Part shown: positions 1 to 13,900 of the stretch, one piece after another | How positions within the stretch are numbered: position 1 is the first letter of the stretch | Layout: every line of letters begins with the position of its first letter | Assembly (NCBI GenBank): GCA_964035545.1 | Contig: OZ037768.1 | Location: 2,946,741-3,010,740 of the forward strand | From: Bugula neritina | Taxonomy: Eukaryota; Animalia; Bryozoa | Length of the DNA: 64,000 nt | Direction of reading: 5' to 3' | Position numbers and translations under genes: made by a program | Notes under the pieces: generated by a model | The model's database searches: none | Told to the model about the DNA's origin: nothing | Seen by the model: the letters and a program-made list of their open reading frames with translations, nothing else

Positions 1-627
1 TTATCTACTGTAGGCTGACATCTTTCATCTCGTAGTATCTCGTTCGTCCTTGACCCAATATGTATTTTAATAAACAAATGCACATGACATTATAACGTAG
101 CATCTCGCTAGTCCGTAATTAGTGATAAACAAAAGACATATAATAATATAACAAATACTCTATGTTATTTGATGATTATTATTATCATTATAATTATGAT
201 ACTGCTTTAAAAATACACCCAATTGTATTTGTTATGTATGCTTAAAAATTAAAGCAATAAAAACTTTTGCCAAACATCTTTAACCTTTTGTGATTTGGAT
301 AGCAAAAAATTACAGTTAGTATAATACTAAAACTTACTGATAATATTATTAAATTGTTGTTTGTACATTAAAATAAACCAAAAATGTAAATTATATAGTT
401 AATAAGAATGCAAGCAAATTAGTATTTTTAATCAATTTCTGTAAATTAGATTAAATTTCTAATTGACTTAAAATTGAACTGAAATTGTAACAGAATTTTA
501 TTCAAAACGAAATCAGATAACATTCAAAATGATTATGGCTTTTACAGCACTACTTTAAGTACAAAACTTAAAGCCTAATCATTTTGAATATCTCTTTTAT
601 TTCAGTATATACAACACACACTTGAAT

Positions 628-3600
628 ATGGATATTCAGTACCCTCCACTAAATGAGAATCAGATGCCTCAATGGTCCAGAATTGGACAGCTTGATAAAT
701 CTCGTTACCCCAAACCATTTAGCAAAGATCAATTAACTCTGAGTGCAGCTGATCATGAAGACAGAGACTTTACTTCAAATAATAATGTGGATAAGTTAGA
801 TGATCAACATCCAGCTTTGAGAGTAGAATATTTAGAAAGGACCATACAATTTCTGAAAGCGCAACACCAAGAAACATTGGACAGCCTTCATATAGAAATA
901 GAAAAACTTCGAAAAGAGAACAAAGGTAAAATATTGCAACATTTAACTGTATTTTTATTAGCTGCAGTTTAAAGTCGAATACAAAGTCACTTATTAACAA
1001 TCCAGCGTTAATTAGTTTCTAAAGCATAATTCTTTTTTTTAGAGATTTGACTAACAATTAATATAGGTAGTTGGTACACTGTACGCAGCAATACATGTAG
1101 TATATTATTAAGCTATAAAAGTACATTGTTCTACACACATACACTAGACAAAGTATTTACCTATTCCAAAGTTGGAGTTTATATAAAACATGTCCTATAT
1201 GTTGCAGAATTGCACTTCAAGCTTGTCACAAAAATTAACGAGGATGATGATATATCAATTGAAGAGTCTGTCACTGAAGAAATAGAAGAAGCTTTCAAAA
1301 ATGATATTTTGCTTGATTCTTATTTAAAGCAAAAGGAGCAGGTAACAACAAGTAAGTGCCAATCACTAGAAATTTTGTTGTACATCAGTTGGTAAATGAT
1401 AACTGCGTACTAAAAAGGCTACAAATTTACACCAGTTGGTAAATAATAGGCAGAGTAGGTATTGCATACCAAACTTCATTTAGATTAATCTGGTAACTTG
1501 TAAAAATGCAATTTTAATATTTTGACAAAAAGATTATCCTTTGAGATGCAGGTTTTATATCATTGATCATACTTTGTAACTGCAGGAGTAAAAAGTGGAA
1601 GTGCTAAATCTAAAACTAAGATCTTAGAAAAACAAATATTGGAACTCAAGCATCAAGTTAGAGAATTAAAGAACAAAAATGAATATTTGACTCAACTAGT
1701 AGACAAAAACAGGCCACAGGATCAGTCTAGCAGGTAAATTTACGTGTAGCAACAGCAAGTAAACTTACATGTAGTAACAGGTCACTTTTTGGCCATTCAA
1801 TGCTTTCAGTCAGTAAACTCTTGCAATGTCTTGAAGCTAGCTGTATTGATTGTGAAAAAAATGTATAACTTATGCATTGTAATTTCTGGTATGACCAAAG
1901 AACCAAATTGTTCAACTACTTCAAGGGCTCTTCACAATATGTAAATATAGACATGGTGTCATTTACAACTTTCAGTGCAAAAGAAAAGCATCAAAATGAG
2001 GGTCCCACCAGCGCTACTGTGTCAGAGCTGAGTATAAACATGGACAAAATAACTTTCACACAACATTCTCGAACAGTGCTGGTACATGACAGAGTGGGGT
2101 CGGCCAGACGGCGCCCCAACCAGGAAGAACTAGAAAAAATTATAAATCATTTGCATAGGGCAAATCAGCAGCAAGAAAGTGAGGTATGTTCCTGATTGCA
2201 AGCTAATATATAGTATCGGAAAAATAAATATATCAAATTAACAAAGGTATACACATAAAATATATTAAATAAAAGCCTCAGGCAATTTTGATAAGGCGTT
2301 TCATTGTAACCTGCCTGCATGGTTATTGGTGCACAATAATTAAATGTTCCACAATAAAAGCTATTAGTAAGATATCCAACTCAACATTACAAATAAACAA
2401 ATTAGTGTCAGGCAACTTTAAATTTAGCAAGCACTAAGAGTAAAACACTTTTACTTATGTAAACACTTCAACACCAAATAAATTAAATGTAGTAGATGTT
2501 GACCTCATTGCATATACTTGAGCCAAATCTAGAGCTCAGTGTAGGCAACTAGATAGGGTTAAGCATCTTAACCTAACTTTGTGCATGGGAACTAACACTC
2601 TATAGGCCACAGGCACTGCACCTGTATGTCAAAGCATTCACTTTGACATACATATTATGTAGCATTACTATATGTAAACCTACTACATTGACATTTTACT
2701 TTGTTGTTATTGAAGTTAATGAGTTCTCTCTCAGTTTTCACTTCTTACAAGAGGTTAAGGTTAATGTTAAATAAAATAGTGAAGGCTTATACGGCTGTAT
2801 TTTTGCAGAATTTCAGCTATAAGAATAGAATATAAAGGTATATAGTAAAGTAATAGTATAATATAATATAATGGAGTTACTTATAGACAGGGTAAAATAC
2901 ACTATTATATTAGGTACATTATTCAATTTGATATTATATTACATTATCTACTATATCATATTATATTATCTAATGTATTACTACATATTATATTATTCAA
3001 TATATTATCATACCACATTATCCAATATAATATTATTTTACAATATCCAATATCATATCATATTATCCAATATATTATTGTATTACACTGTTCAATATAT
3101 TATTACATATTATTCTAGTTGACTAAAGTCAAATCAGACTTGAAGGAGGTTCTGTATTCTCACAAATGGACACCAGATGCATATCTGCTGGCAAAGGCCT
3201 ACGTGGCCACAGATGGCGCACCTGAAGAAACAGATATTTTACCCAAACTGCAGATGAGAAGCACCACACGGAAACTGTGAGTAACCAACCGCAAGTTAGC
3301 TGTATGATACATAGGTTTAAGGCAGTGAGTGATGGATTAACAGTATAGTTGGAGAAATGAAAATAATGTAACTGCTGTCAACTTGAGAGTTGGACTACGC
3401 TTCCTTACTTCAAGCTAAAAGTTGAATCATGACTTGTGCTGCTGCCGTTTAATGTTGGCTTATAGTTGGTTGGTCTAAAGATGCGTTTGCTTTTACAGGC
3501 CGGATATAGCTTATATTTCGAGAGATAATGTGTCACTCCCCGCACTTAAAAATACTATGGGAACAAAGGCTGTGGAAAGGCGCAAAAGAACGCAGATACT

Positions 3601-3634
3601 GCAGAAGGCGAGATTACACAAGGAAGTCTTGTAG
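628..3634 (+). CDS. CCDC74: Coiled-coil domain-containing protein 74-like, 6 coding exons (~628-925, 1208-1351, 1586-1733, 1976-2183, 3119-3276, 3499-3634)
   Basis: Spliced translation gives RVEYLERTIQFLKAQHQETLDSLHIEIEKLRKENKELHFKL (CCDC92/74 N-terminal coiled coil) and a C-terminal LPALKNTMGTKAVERRKRTQILQKARLHKEVL*. GT-AG junctions keep the frame. Confidence 0.82.
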
Positions 3635-4976
3635 TCGACTCGTAGAGCATAAGGTGCTACCGATAGCAACACAACTGTCTGAAATCTGCAGTCAGCTTGA
3701 TCTCTGCACTGAGTTTGCTGTGGAGTTGTTAGCATTAGGTACTTAGGAATTTAGATATCAATGTAAAGTTGTTTTTATTATTTTACTGTAAAAGTTAATC
3801 CTTTGCCATAAGCAAATTTTTAGTAAAAGTATGGAATAGAATATTATTATGGTTATTTGTTGCGACGCCGCAGTTATGGTGTCACGTAAAATATTGTGAA
3901 GTAATTACCTTTTGAGTTTTTATTGTGCAGAAAATGTTGAGTCAAAAATTTATTCTTTCAATGCATATTTTGCATTTCATAAAATAATTCAAAAACAAAA
4001 TTTAATGACACTAATGTGAAATATAAGTTATATGAATGTGCACTTATAATATGTAATGCAATAAATATATCAGTTTACCACAAGTCTTCAACAATCGTAC
4101 TGTTAAAACTAACACTTTTTAAACTAAAATAGAAATTAATAATATCATTCCCATTATGAAAAATATATAATTATGCATTTAATGAAAACAATAATTGGCT
4201 GTTTCTGGAATAGTTAGTTGTTGTCCCAATGATTAGCCTAGTAATCCTGATAGGTTGGGCTGTAAGTTTGCTGTCCGATTAGAAATTGTGCCAAATAAAG
4301 GGAAAGTATCTTATAGATGGATCATTCGTGATATTTTCTCTCAAATGAATTTTACTATTAAAATTTAAATTTCAAGTAAATGCCGCACTCACTAGCTATT
4401 TGCATTCGCAATCATTCCTTGAAACCAGCAACATTTTTCATATAGAATTCAATTAATTATGGAAAATATAAAGAGCCAATCAGAATGCGGCTTTCTAAAA
4501 CAATTACTCAGAAATATTTTTGTTTTCATAAAAAAGGGGCTGTTATGTGGTAATATTCTAACCAACAGAAAACGGGCTACAATCAGTTTCTTACTGGCAC
4601 GTCAACCTGGGTGGTCATTAGATCAGCCACATCTAGTAAATTCAGAACTGGCACAGAATACATACAATTCATAACATTTGAGCCTTTAAAACCCTGGAAT
4701 ATCTTAATAAAATTATTTGTTCATATCAACCTGCCACACTACTTTGTTAAAAAACGGAAAATGTAAAAAATATTCCACCTTTCCCAACTAAAATACAGCC
4801 AGTTGCTCACACAGTCCAACTCTGTGGTAGATATGGTGTGCGATACACAGATATACAGTTATCTGATTGGCTGGTATAATATAGACCTACCGAGTGACCT
4901 AGAAAACATAGGAAGCAACACTATTAGCACCATATTGCACCAATGGCAGAGTAAATGGCATCGTATAACTAGCCAA

Positions 4977-7900
4977 TTAGGAGGCACCGTGTGTGATCAC
5001 GTCGAAGCAAGTATTGCACACTCGGACAGGCTTGTTGAGAGAGAACTTTATTATTGGTATGTCCTTGGAGGAGCATTTACCACACAGCAGTCTGCCACAG
5101 TGACGGCTGCAACATAACAATATATTATGTGATATAATATAATATGTTAATATATGATGTAATATAATATGTCAATGTGTGATATAATATAATATGTTAA
5201 TACGTGATATAATATGATATATATGATATAATATATGTCAGTATATGATATAATATATAATGTCAATACGATATACTCAATAATATGTAATATTACATGT
5301 ATAATATATTATTACTGCAAAAAAATATGCAAACACAATTATATAATAATATATAGAATGTATAACATAATATACAATAATCATAGTAATAACATATATT
5401 GTAATGGTTTACACTAGTATTATAATATTTGTAACACCAAGTAATTTGTCATTTACTAAAATATAAAGGTTTGGTTACAAAACCAAAACATGATAAACAA
5501 TGAAATACAGTGGAAGGTTAAATATTTTGGGTGCTTTTATTATATTTAAAATTGTCTGTAAACATATCAGTTCATTGACTGTATAATTTGGAGTTGTCAG
5601 GTCAGTTTATTAATTGAGATAATTTGGAGTTGTTCTCTTACCAATGATGCTTCCTATTCTTGATGCTAAATTTAGAAGCACACTCTAAGCAGACCTCCCC
5701 CTCAGCCCAGGGAGGTTCCACCGCCAGTATGTCCAGCAGCTTCCTTAACAGAGACTTGGTAGCCACAGGGGCATTGAATATGTTGACAAATTGTTTGTTA
5801 GTTTGGCCTAGGCAGGCACCCGCCCTCACTGCAGCTCTACACAGGTGACCATTTCCATTCATGTATGCTAACAGTAACACTGAAAGTAAACAGCCAGATT
5901 ATGTGAATACTAAGAGCATGTATTCATCAAATTACTTTCACAACATTAAGGACAGGACTATGTTGATATGTCAGAGAATATTAGTCATGACGTTCGTTGA
6001 TCAAATGTTTAAATCAAGAGACAATTGGTTTTATTTTACAGGTCTGTATTATATTTACTCTACCTGTATTGTATTTACTCTACCTGTATTATATTTACTC
6101 TACCTGTATTATATTTACTCTACCTGTATTTTATTTACTCTACCTGTATTGTATTTACTCTACCTGTATTGTATTTACTCTACCTGTATTATATTTACTC
6201 TACCTGTATTGTATTTACTCTACCTGTATTATATTTACTCTACCTGTATTTTATTTACTCTACCTGTATTGTATTTACTCTACCTGTATTATATTTACTC
6301 TACCTGTATTGTATTTACTCTACCTGTATTATATTTACTCTACCTGTATTTTATTTACTCTACCTGTATTATATTTACTTTGCCTGTATTTTATTTGCTT
6401 TACCTGTATTTTATTTACTCTACCTGTATTTTATTTAGTCTACCTGTATTTTATTTACTCTACCTGTATTTTATTTAGTCTACCTGTATTATATTTACTC
6501 TACCTGTATTATATTTACTCTACCTGTATTATATTTACTCTACCTGTATTTCCTTCCACATCAGGAGTGTTAATAGGATAGTCAGGCATCGCTTCTAAAA
6601 ACATATCAAAAATGGCTGCCGCATTCTCCTTCCCGTATCTTCCAAGAATGTGGAGAGGATTCTGCCCCCTAGAAGCATGAAGTTGTATAAATATATAATA
6701 GCCAGCTTGTGTATCATGTCAGAGTAATATGTAACATCTTACATTTCATACAAACTTAATAGTAGGCAATATGATACAACATTATCCAGTATTATGTAAT
6801 GTAATGCAGTGTTGGGAGTAACCAACATATATCTATAATAATTACATAACCACAACTCAGTATTTGTATGTTACAGATCCAAGGAGCCTTGGACTGTAGT
6901 GGTTCATCACCACAAGAACTTGTTATAGCATTATATTTTTTTCTGCTGCAGATTAGGCAGTTGAAAGTCTGAATAAACTTTTTAGCTTACTAAAAATATA
7001 GATAATTTAGGTTATTGTTGATCTTCGTATACATGTTCATATAACTACACAACTGTAGTCACACATGTTTATAAAACTACATACAACTGTAGTAACACAT
7101 GTTTATATAACTACACAACTGTAGTCACACATTTTTATATAACCACACAACTGTAGTAACACATGTTTATATAACTACACACAACTGTAGTCACATATGT
7201 TCATATAACTACACACAACTGTAGTAACACATGTTCATATAACTACACACAACTGTAGTAACACATGTTCATATAACTACATACAACTGTAGTAACACAT
7301 GTAATTACACATACTTGAGGTTCACAGCTTCTGCATTGATGCTGGTTTCTGTGATGCAGACTCTACAAGCTGCCAGATTTCCATTCTGGACAGCCAAATG
7401 GAGAGCTACAACCAAACAGAATATTATACTGTATAACCAAACAGAATATACTATACAACCAAACATAATATTCTATTATACAAACAAACAGAATATACTG
7501 TTTAACTATACAGTATATACTGTATAAGTATACAGTATATACTGCATAACTAAACAGAATATATTGTATAACTATACAGAATATACTATATAACCAAACA
7601 GAATATTATACTGTACAACTATAAAAAATATACTATTTAACTAAACAGAATATACTATTTAACCAAACATAATATACTATACAACTATAAAGAATAAGCT
7701 ATACTACCACAAACTGCTAAATCTCACGATCATTTAAATGCCAATAAACTAAAAATGCTGCAAGAGGAAAATTATTTTGCAAACTAATACAGCTCAGCTA
7801 TACTTTAGCTACTCCTTTTGATACAGATATGACAATTTGAAATGGTTTAAACTTTAGATTTCATTACTTTGGCAACAGGTAAAACCGCTGACGTATTCAT

Positions 7901-10900
7901 CATTATATGACAGTTAAAACATTACCGTTGTTTCTGCCATCATCAATGGCCGTAAAATCAACACTGTTTTCTATGAGTATGGAAGCAATAGCAGCGTGAT
8001 CATGTATAGCGGCTATATGCAGTGGCGTCTGTCTGTTCACCGTGAGGTCATTCACTGAAGCTCCAGCTAGTAACTACAACACAGTAGAGATGAGTTAGTA
8101 ACTACAACACAGTAGAGATGAGCTAGTAACTACAACACAGTAGAGATGAGTTAGTAACTACAACACAGTAGAGATGAGTTAGTAACTACAACACAGTAGA
8201 GATAAGTTAGAAACTACAACATAGTAGAGATAAGTTAATAACTACAACACAGTAGAGATGAGTTAGTAATTACAACACAGTAGAGATGAGTTAGTAACTA
8301 CAACATAGTAGAGATAAGTTAGTAATTACAACACAGTAGAGATAAGTTAGTAACTACAACATAGTAGAGATGAGTTAGTAACTATAACACAATAGAGATG
8401 AGTTAGTAACTATAACACAATAGAGATGAGTTAGTAACTACAAGAGAGTAGAGGTAAGTTAGAGAAGCAAACAATAGTATGCTACGTCTTTCTGCAAACA
8501 AGTTTGAACAACATAATTTTGAAGTAACTTACAAACATTACTGGAAAATCTCACCTCTACAGCTATTTGCTCAACTGGTACACAGACAAGGATCTTAATA
8601 GAAAGAAAACCTTGAATTTTAAATTCAAGAATTTTCCCAGACAAGTCAAAGTGTGATTAACTTTTCAATAATTCTGTCAGAGAGCTCATAACTCCGGCAG
8701 GTTTAGTAGACAATAATCTCAGCATATATCAACACTCTTACTCTTGGCAACTCACCAAGTTTCTCACAATGATCTCCGAGCCACCTTTGACAGCGAGATG
8801 AAGAGGTGATAGTTGAGAAGAGTCTCGTGTTCTAGAGCTCACATCCGCCTGCACGCTGATAAGGAAGAGAACGCTTTCGATGTCGTTCTTCTGAATAGCG
8901 ACGTGTAGGAAGTTTCTGCCTCGATTATCAAACTACAAACACACAGAGGTGGTGCTACAAGAGCTGAAACAGTAATTCAATTATTAAAAAGTTGGGAAAT
9001 CTCCAAGAGAGAACAAAAAAAAGGTGTATAGAAAAGCAATAGAAGTAAATTTAAAAAGTTGCAAAAATGTTATATAATGAATCTATGGCAGTTCTAGTCT
9101 GTCTAAAGAAAATAGTATGAAAACCAGACCAGGTTGAGGATACAAATAAAGTTAAATCAGTAGTAAGTCATGTGACCTGTTGGTTAGTCATGTGACCTGT
9201 TGGTTAGTCATTTGAGCAGCTAGTAGAAAGAAGAATCAAATAACCTGATCAGCAGCAGTAGGAGCTCGGTCTAATATAGCCTGAGCAGCCTTGTTGTCAG
9301 AGTGAGTCATAGCGGTGGCAAAGGGAGTCCACCCACTCTTGTCTCGAATCATGACATCCAGTTCCGGATGAGAGAGCAAGAGATATGTAATAGTTGGGTG
9401 ATGATTGCTGCAAAGATAACAGCAATATAAATTTATATAATTACCGGAATTATTAGGTAATTTATCTATGCTCACAAGGCCAAGGTTTGCTAAACTTTGC
9501 CAACAACCTGTTACCTAACAACACTTTAGGAAGTCCTGTATAAATGGGGAAGTAACTCCTCACCTGATAGAGACATGCAGAGCCGACCTTCCTTCAGAGT
9601 CCTGAGAGTTGATGGCTGCACCACATTCTATCAGTTTCTGTACAATTTCCTCCTGACCAGCCGCACTGGACAGATGGAGAGGCGTCTGCCCGTCCCTAAT
9701 TCATGCAGGAGTTATGGTTACAATTCTCCGATACAACATCTTGAATAATTATACTACAACTCTACTGTATTACAGCATTTTGTTAGTTTAGCATAACAAA
9801 CAATGTAATATACATTAACATATAGATAATATTTAATTTTTTTTCTAGTTTGTTGACAATAATTGTAGTATATAAAACTAGATTGAATGCTGAAAAAGTG
9901 GAATGGCTACAACACATGATGAGCAAGTCCATTTGATGACATTATAATACTTCCGGGGTTGTACTTAGAGTAAAGTAATGATTAAAAACTTATGGGCAAA
10001 ATATTGAAAAACTACTTAAATCTCATATTCTAAGTTGATTTTTCAAAGAGAAAGTGTTTTGATACGATGACTCACCTAGCTTCATCTCCACCTTCTCCAT
10101 TTAAAGCAGGTTTACGGGGACTGTTCATGTCACACCCGCTACAAACAAGACTTGGATATAAACAACTATTTTTACATAACATAGAGACAATAACAAATGA
10201 GATAAAACGACTCCCATTTGATACCCAAAACTACATCAACGGGTATTTCCCGAAGAAACAGGAAACATACTTGGTAATGAAGTAGCAGCCGTGTTTCTGT
10301 TTACTCAGCGCTATAGCTTTGTGGAGTAGAGTTTGTAAACAACCACCTGGACCTTCATGCCAAATGTTGAGGTCACATTTGTGTTTTACCTACACGTAGA
10401 AAAACAACACATTAAACAAAGTGTTACTCAATTATATATTATATAAGCTGAGTACAATGGGAAAGTATGCGCGTATATATATTATATAAGGTATATGTAT
10501 AAGGTATATGTATATGTTAGTATATATTAGTATATTGAAGTATGAGTATAACATATAATCTGATAATGCAAAAAAAGAACAATTCACTACCAAGGTATCA
10601 CATATGCTGTAATCATCACACTCCAAGGCATGCCAGATCATTGGCTCTCCTTTACTGGTCAGCTGATTGACAGGTGACTTGTGGTTACACAGAGATGCGA
10701 CTACAGCTGGCAGGTGCTTGTTGATAGCCAGCTCCATGACACTCTCATTTCTTCTTGTTCTATAAACAGAAGGTAGTAGCTACATATCGGCCTTATAAAA
10801 CCAATACTGATACGCCTACATTTGAAATGGAAACACATGCGCAGAGCCCGAGCTAACCTCACTTATGAAAGAGAATGGCCACAAACTACAACTAATAAGT

Positions 10901-13900
10901 ATACTGAAGCAATATATTTCATTATTAGTCATATGAGTTGAAAATGTATTTTGAAATGACAACTCCCATACCCACCAAAAATTTAACAACTACTTTCCAT
11001 TAAGAATATTTAACAGATGAATGACAAATTAGAGTAATAGCCAATCCATCTGTCATGTGACAGCACAATGGAATTCATTTAGATAACACAATCAACTGAT
11101 TAGAATCTAACTATAATACAGGCAGCCAATAATTAGCAGTTTTACATCAACTAGCTGTGTATATTATGATGTCATTACTCTAAGCTCACCCATACAGTTG
11201 CACAGTGTAACAGACCTAATCAATATGATAGCCATAGTATACAAGACTGGTGTTCTCTGCTTAACCCTTTCGTGCGCAGCGTCTACATATGTGGACGCTG
11301 CCTTTGTTGCACCAAAACAGCTTAAAATTTTGATATTTCACATTTTCTAATAAGTTACTCAGCATTGTTAAAGGGTTTTTTATTCTACTATAAAATAAAT
11401 TTGTGTAAAAAGATCAAGGTCAACTAATTAAAAGCAAATTTCGAGTTGCTGTTTCACTTGCAAGCTCTCCTTGTTTTCCCTTGTAGACCATTTCTATAGT
11501 AAATGCATGGCGTCCACATATGTGGATACTAATCTTTTTTTCACATCTACTGGGTGAAAATTGAAAAAAGTTGTAAATTTATGTTTAGAGACATGAAATC
11601 AATTATATTCAGCAAAACTATTTAGAAATTTGCTGTTAAAAGATAATTCATGCATGAAAGGGTTTAATATAGCAACCAATCAGAATTCATGTAACAAACC
11701 AACTTTTTGCTAATATCTGCTTGATTATCCACAAGAAAGAGACAGCTGGGGGTGTCAGTCTTCAACACCGCCTGATGCAGGAGTGTCAACCCTTCCGAGT
11801 TGGTGTCGTTTACACTTGCTCCACCCATCATTAACTTCCTGGCTACGTCGTGCATGCCAGCCCACAATGCAACAGCCAAAGGCGTCTGCTCGAGTGAGTC
11901 TTTGATGGAGAAGTTAGGAGTAACCAGGAAATTACTGTCAGAACTACGGAGTAGGCTATCTGTGGGTAAATCAAGGGTCAGCAGATTATTATATGTGACC
12001 TTCACAAAATTCACTGCCACTATTAATACGCTGCAGTCCACAAGATAAACTACGGCTTGTAATAGCAGCAGCAGTTAGTAGTAGCAGTTTGTTATGTAAG
12101 AGTCCATCATGCAGCAGACACTTGCATAACTTGTAGCTGCTAAACCCTGCAGCCCAAAATATTCATTACAAACTTTCTCTGCACAGACCTTCTGAAACCC
12201 TTACCACTTACGTATAGTATAATAAATAAAGAAGAAGGAAATTATGCACAAGATAAATACATTTTATGTAATTTCACACCACCATAAAAATGCATGCTGT
12301 ATTATGGAAATACCCAAATGTTTTAAATATTACATTTAAAAGTTTATTGCTTTAACTATAGTTAAAGATCACCAAACTGCAAACAAGAAAAGAATCATAT
12401 ATAACCGCTTTTCAGCCAGTAAAACACTGGCATTTACTATTGCACCAGCCAATAGCCTGTAGTTACCTTTATGTTCAATAAACGCCTCAACCACGGCAAT
12501 GTGACTATTCACAATAGCGAGGTGGATGGGCGTCTGCAAAGAGACCTCCTCGTCTGATTTATTAGCCTCTTTTTCATATTCATCATCATAGCTGAGGGTC
12601 TGCAAGTCTTCTCCAGCAGATAGGTACGGCTCCCCATAGTCCTGCACCGCCCCTCCATCAATACTATCTGTATTGTAAAACAACTACTCGACTATTAAAA
12701 GGTTATTTTTGTATTGAAGAAAATGAAGGTTTTACTACAAACCGTCTGATGTGGCAAATGTTTACAAGATAGTTTTTCAGGAGAGCTTAATGCTGACCTG
12801 ATAAAAAATGGGCAGCTTTGCTAAAACCCTTTATGTGTGAATGAGTACATGATGAAATATGCTAAGGAAAGTTTCCTATAATTCTACGCCAGCCAACAGT
12901 TAAGCATGTGAAAAGAACTAAGCAGGGTTAGTAAATTGAGAAAGAAAATTACACCGGAAAAAAATACTAATTTAGAAAAAAAGCCTTTCAGAAAGAAGAG
13001 TAAACAGTGTACCCGTGTTGTAGCCACTTGTAGGCACTCCTACATCTTCTTGATTGCTAAAGCTATCTGTTTCCTCCTCAGTAAATGGATTACAAGGGTC
13101 ATTCTCACTAGTAAAGGGATTGTTATCATTGTCATCTTCAGCAAACGGATTGTAGTCCCGCAGAGACTGGGTATTCCCGAGCAGGATGTTGGTACTGTAC
13201 TCAGCGTAGTCGGGGGAAGAAACTAAACTGCTGCCATGATTCATCGGAACTTTCTTCAAACCCCCGTCTTGTTGTCTGTCTGTTTGGTTGTTGGAACTTC
13301 TACCTACAGCGGGTGGAGGCAGGCCAATCGTATCCTGTTTAGAAGTTGTAGACTTAGCAGGGGGTTTCTTCACCTTGGCCTCAGGCTCAACATACGAGGT
13401 CTGAGAGTTGGGGTTGGCACCCACGATGAGTAATGTCTTCACTAGGGACAGTAAGCCATGCTGGGCAGCTAGGTGCAGCACAGTCTCTCCCTGTTGAACA
13501 CACATTAATAGGGATTTCATACCATAACATATATATATAGTACACATACATAGCATATAGTATACATGTATAGTGTACATATATAGTATACATATATAGT
13601 ATACATATATAGTATACATGTATAGTGTACATATATAGTATACATATATAATACACATATATAGTATAAATATAATAGTACACATATATAGTACACATAT
13701 ATAGTATACATGTATACTATACATGTATACTATATATGTATAGTATACATATATAGTACACATATATAGTACGCATGTATAGTATACATGTATACTATAC
13801 ATGTATAGTATACATATATAGTATACTTACATAGTACACATATATAGTATACTTACATAGTACACATATATAGTATACATGTATTATATGCATATATAGT

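Noticed and set aside
2623-2650. 11-bp perfect inverted repeat GTATGTCAAAG/CTTTGACATAC
   Set aside because: No Helitron CTRR end, TSD or second copy seen; may be chance.
5861-6581. Three overlapping Tyr/Leu/Ile-rich ORFs
   Set aside because: Antisense read-through of the 20-bp intronic minisatellite.
6041-8462. CRISPR-like appearance of regular repeats
   Set aside because: Head-to-tail units with no unique spacers, eukaryotic intron context and no cas genes.
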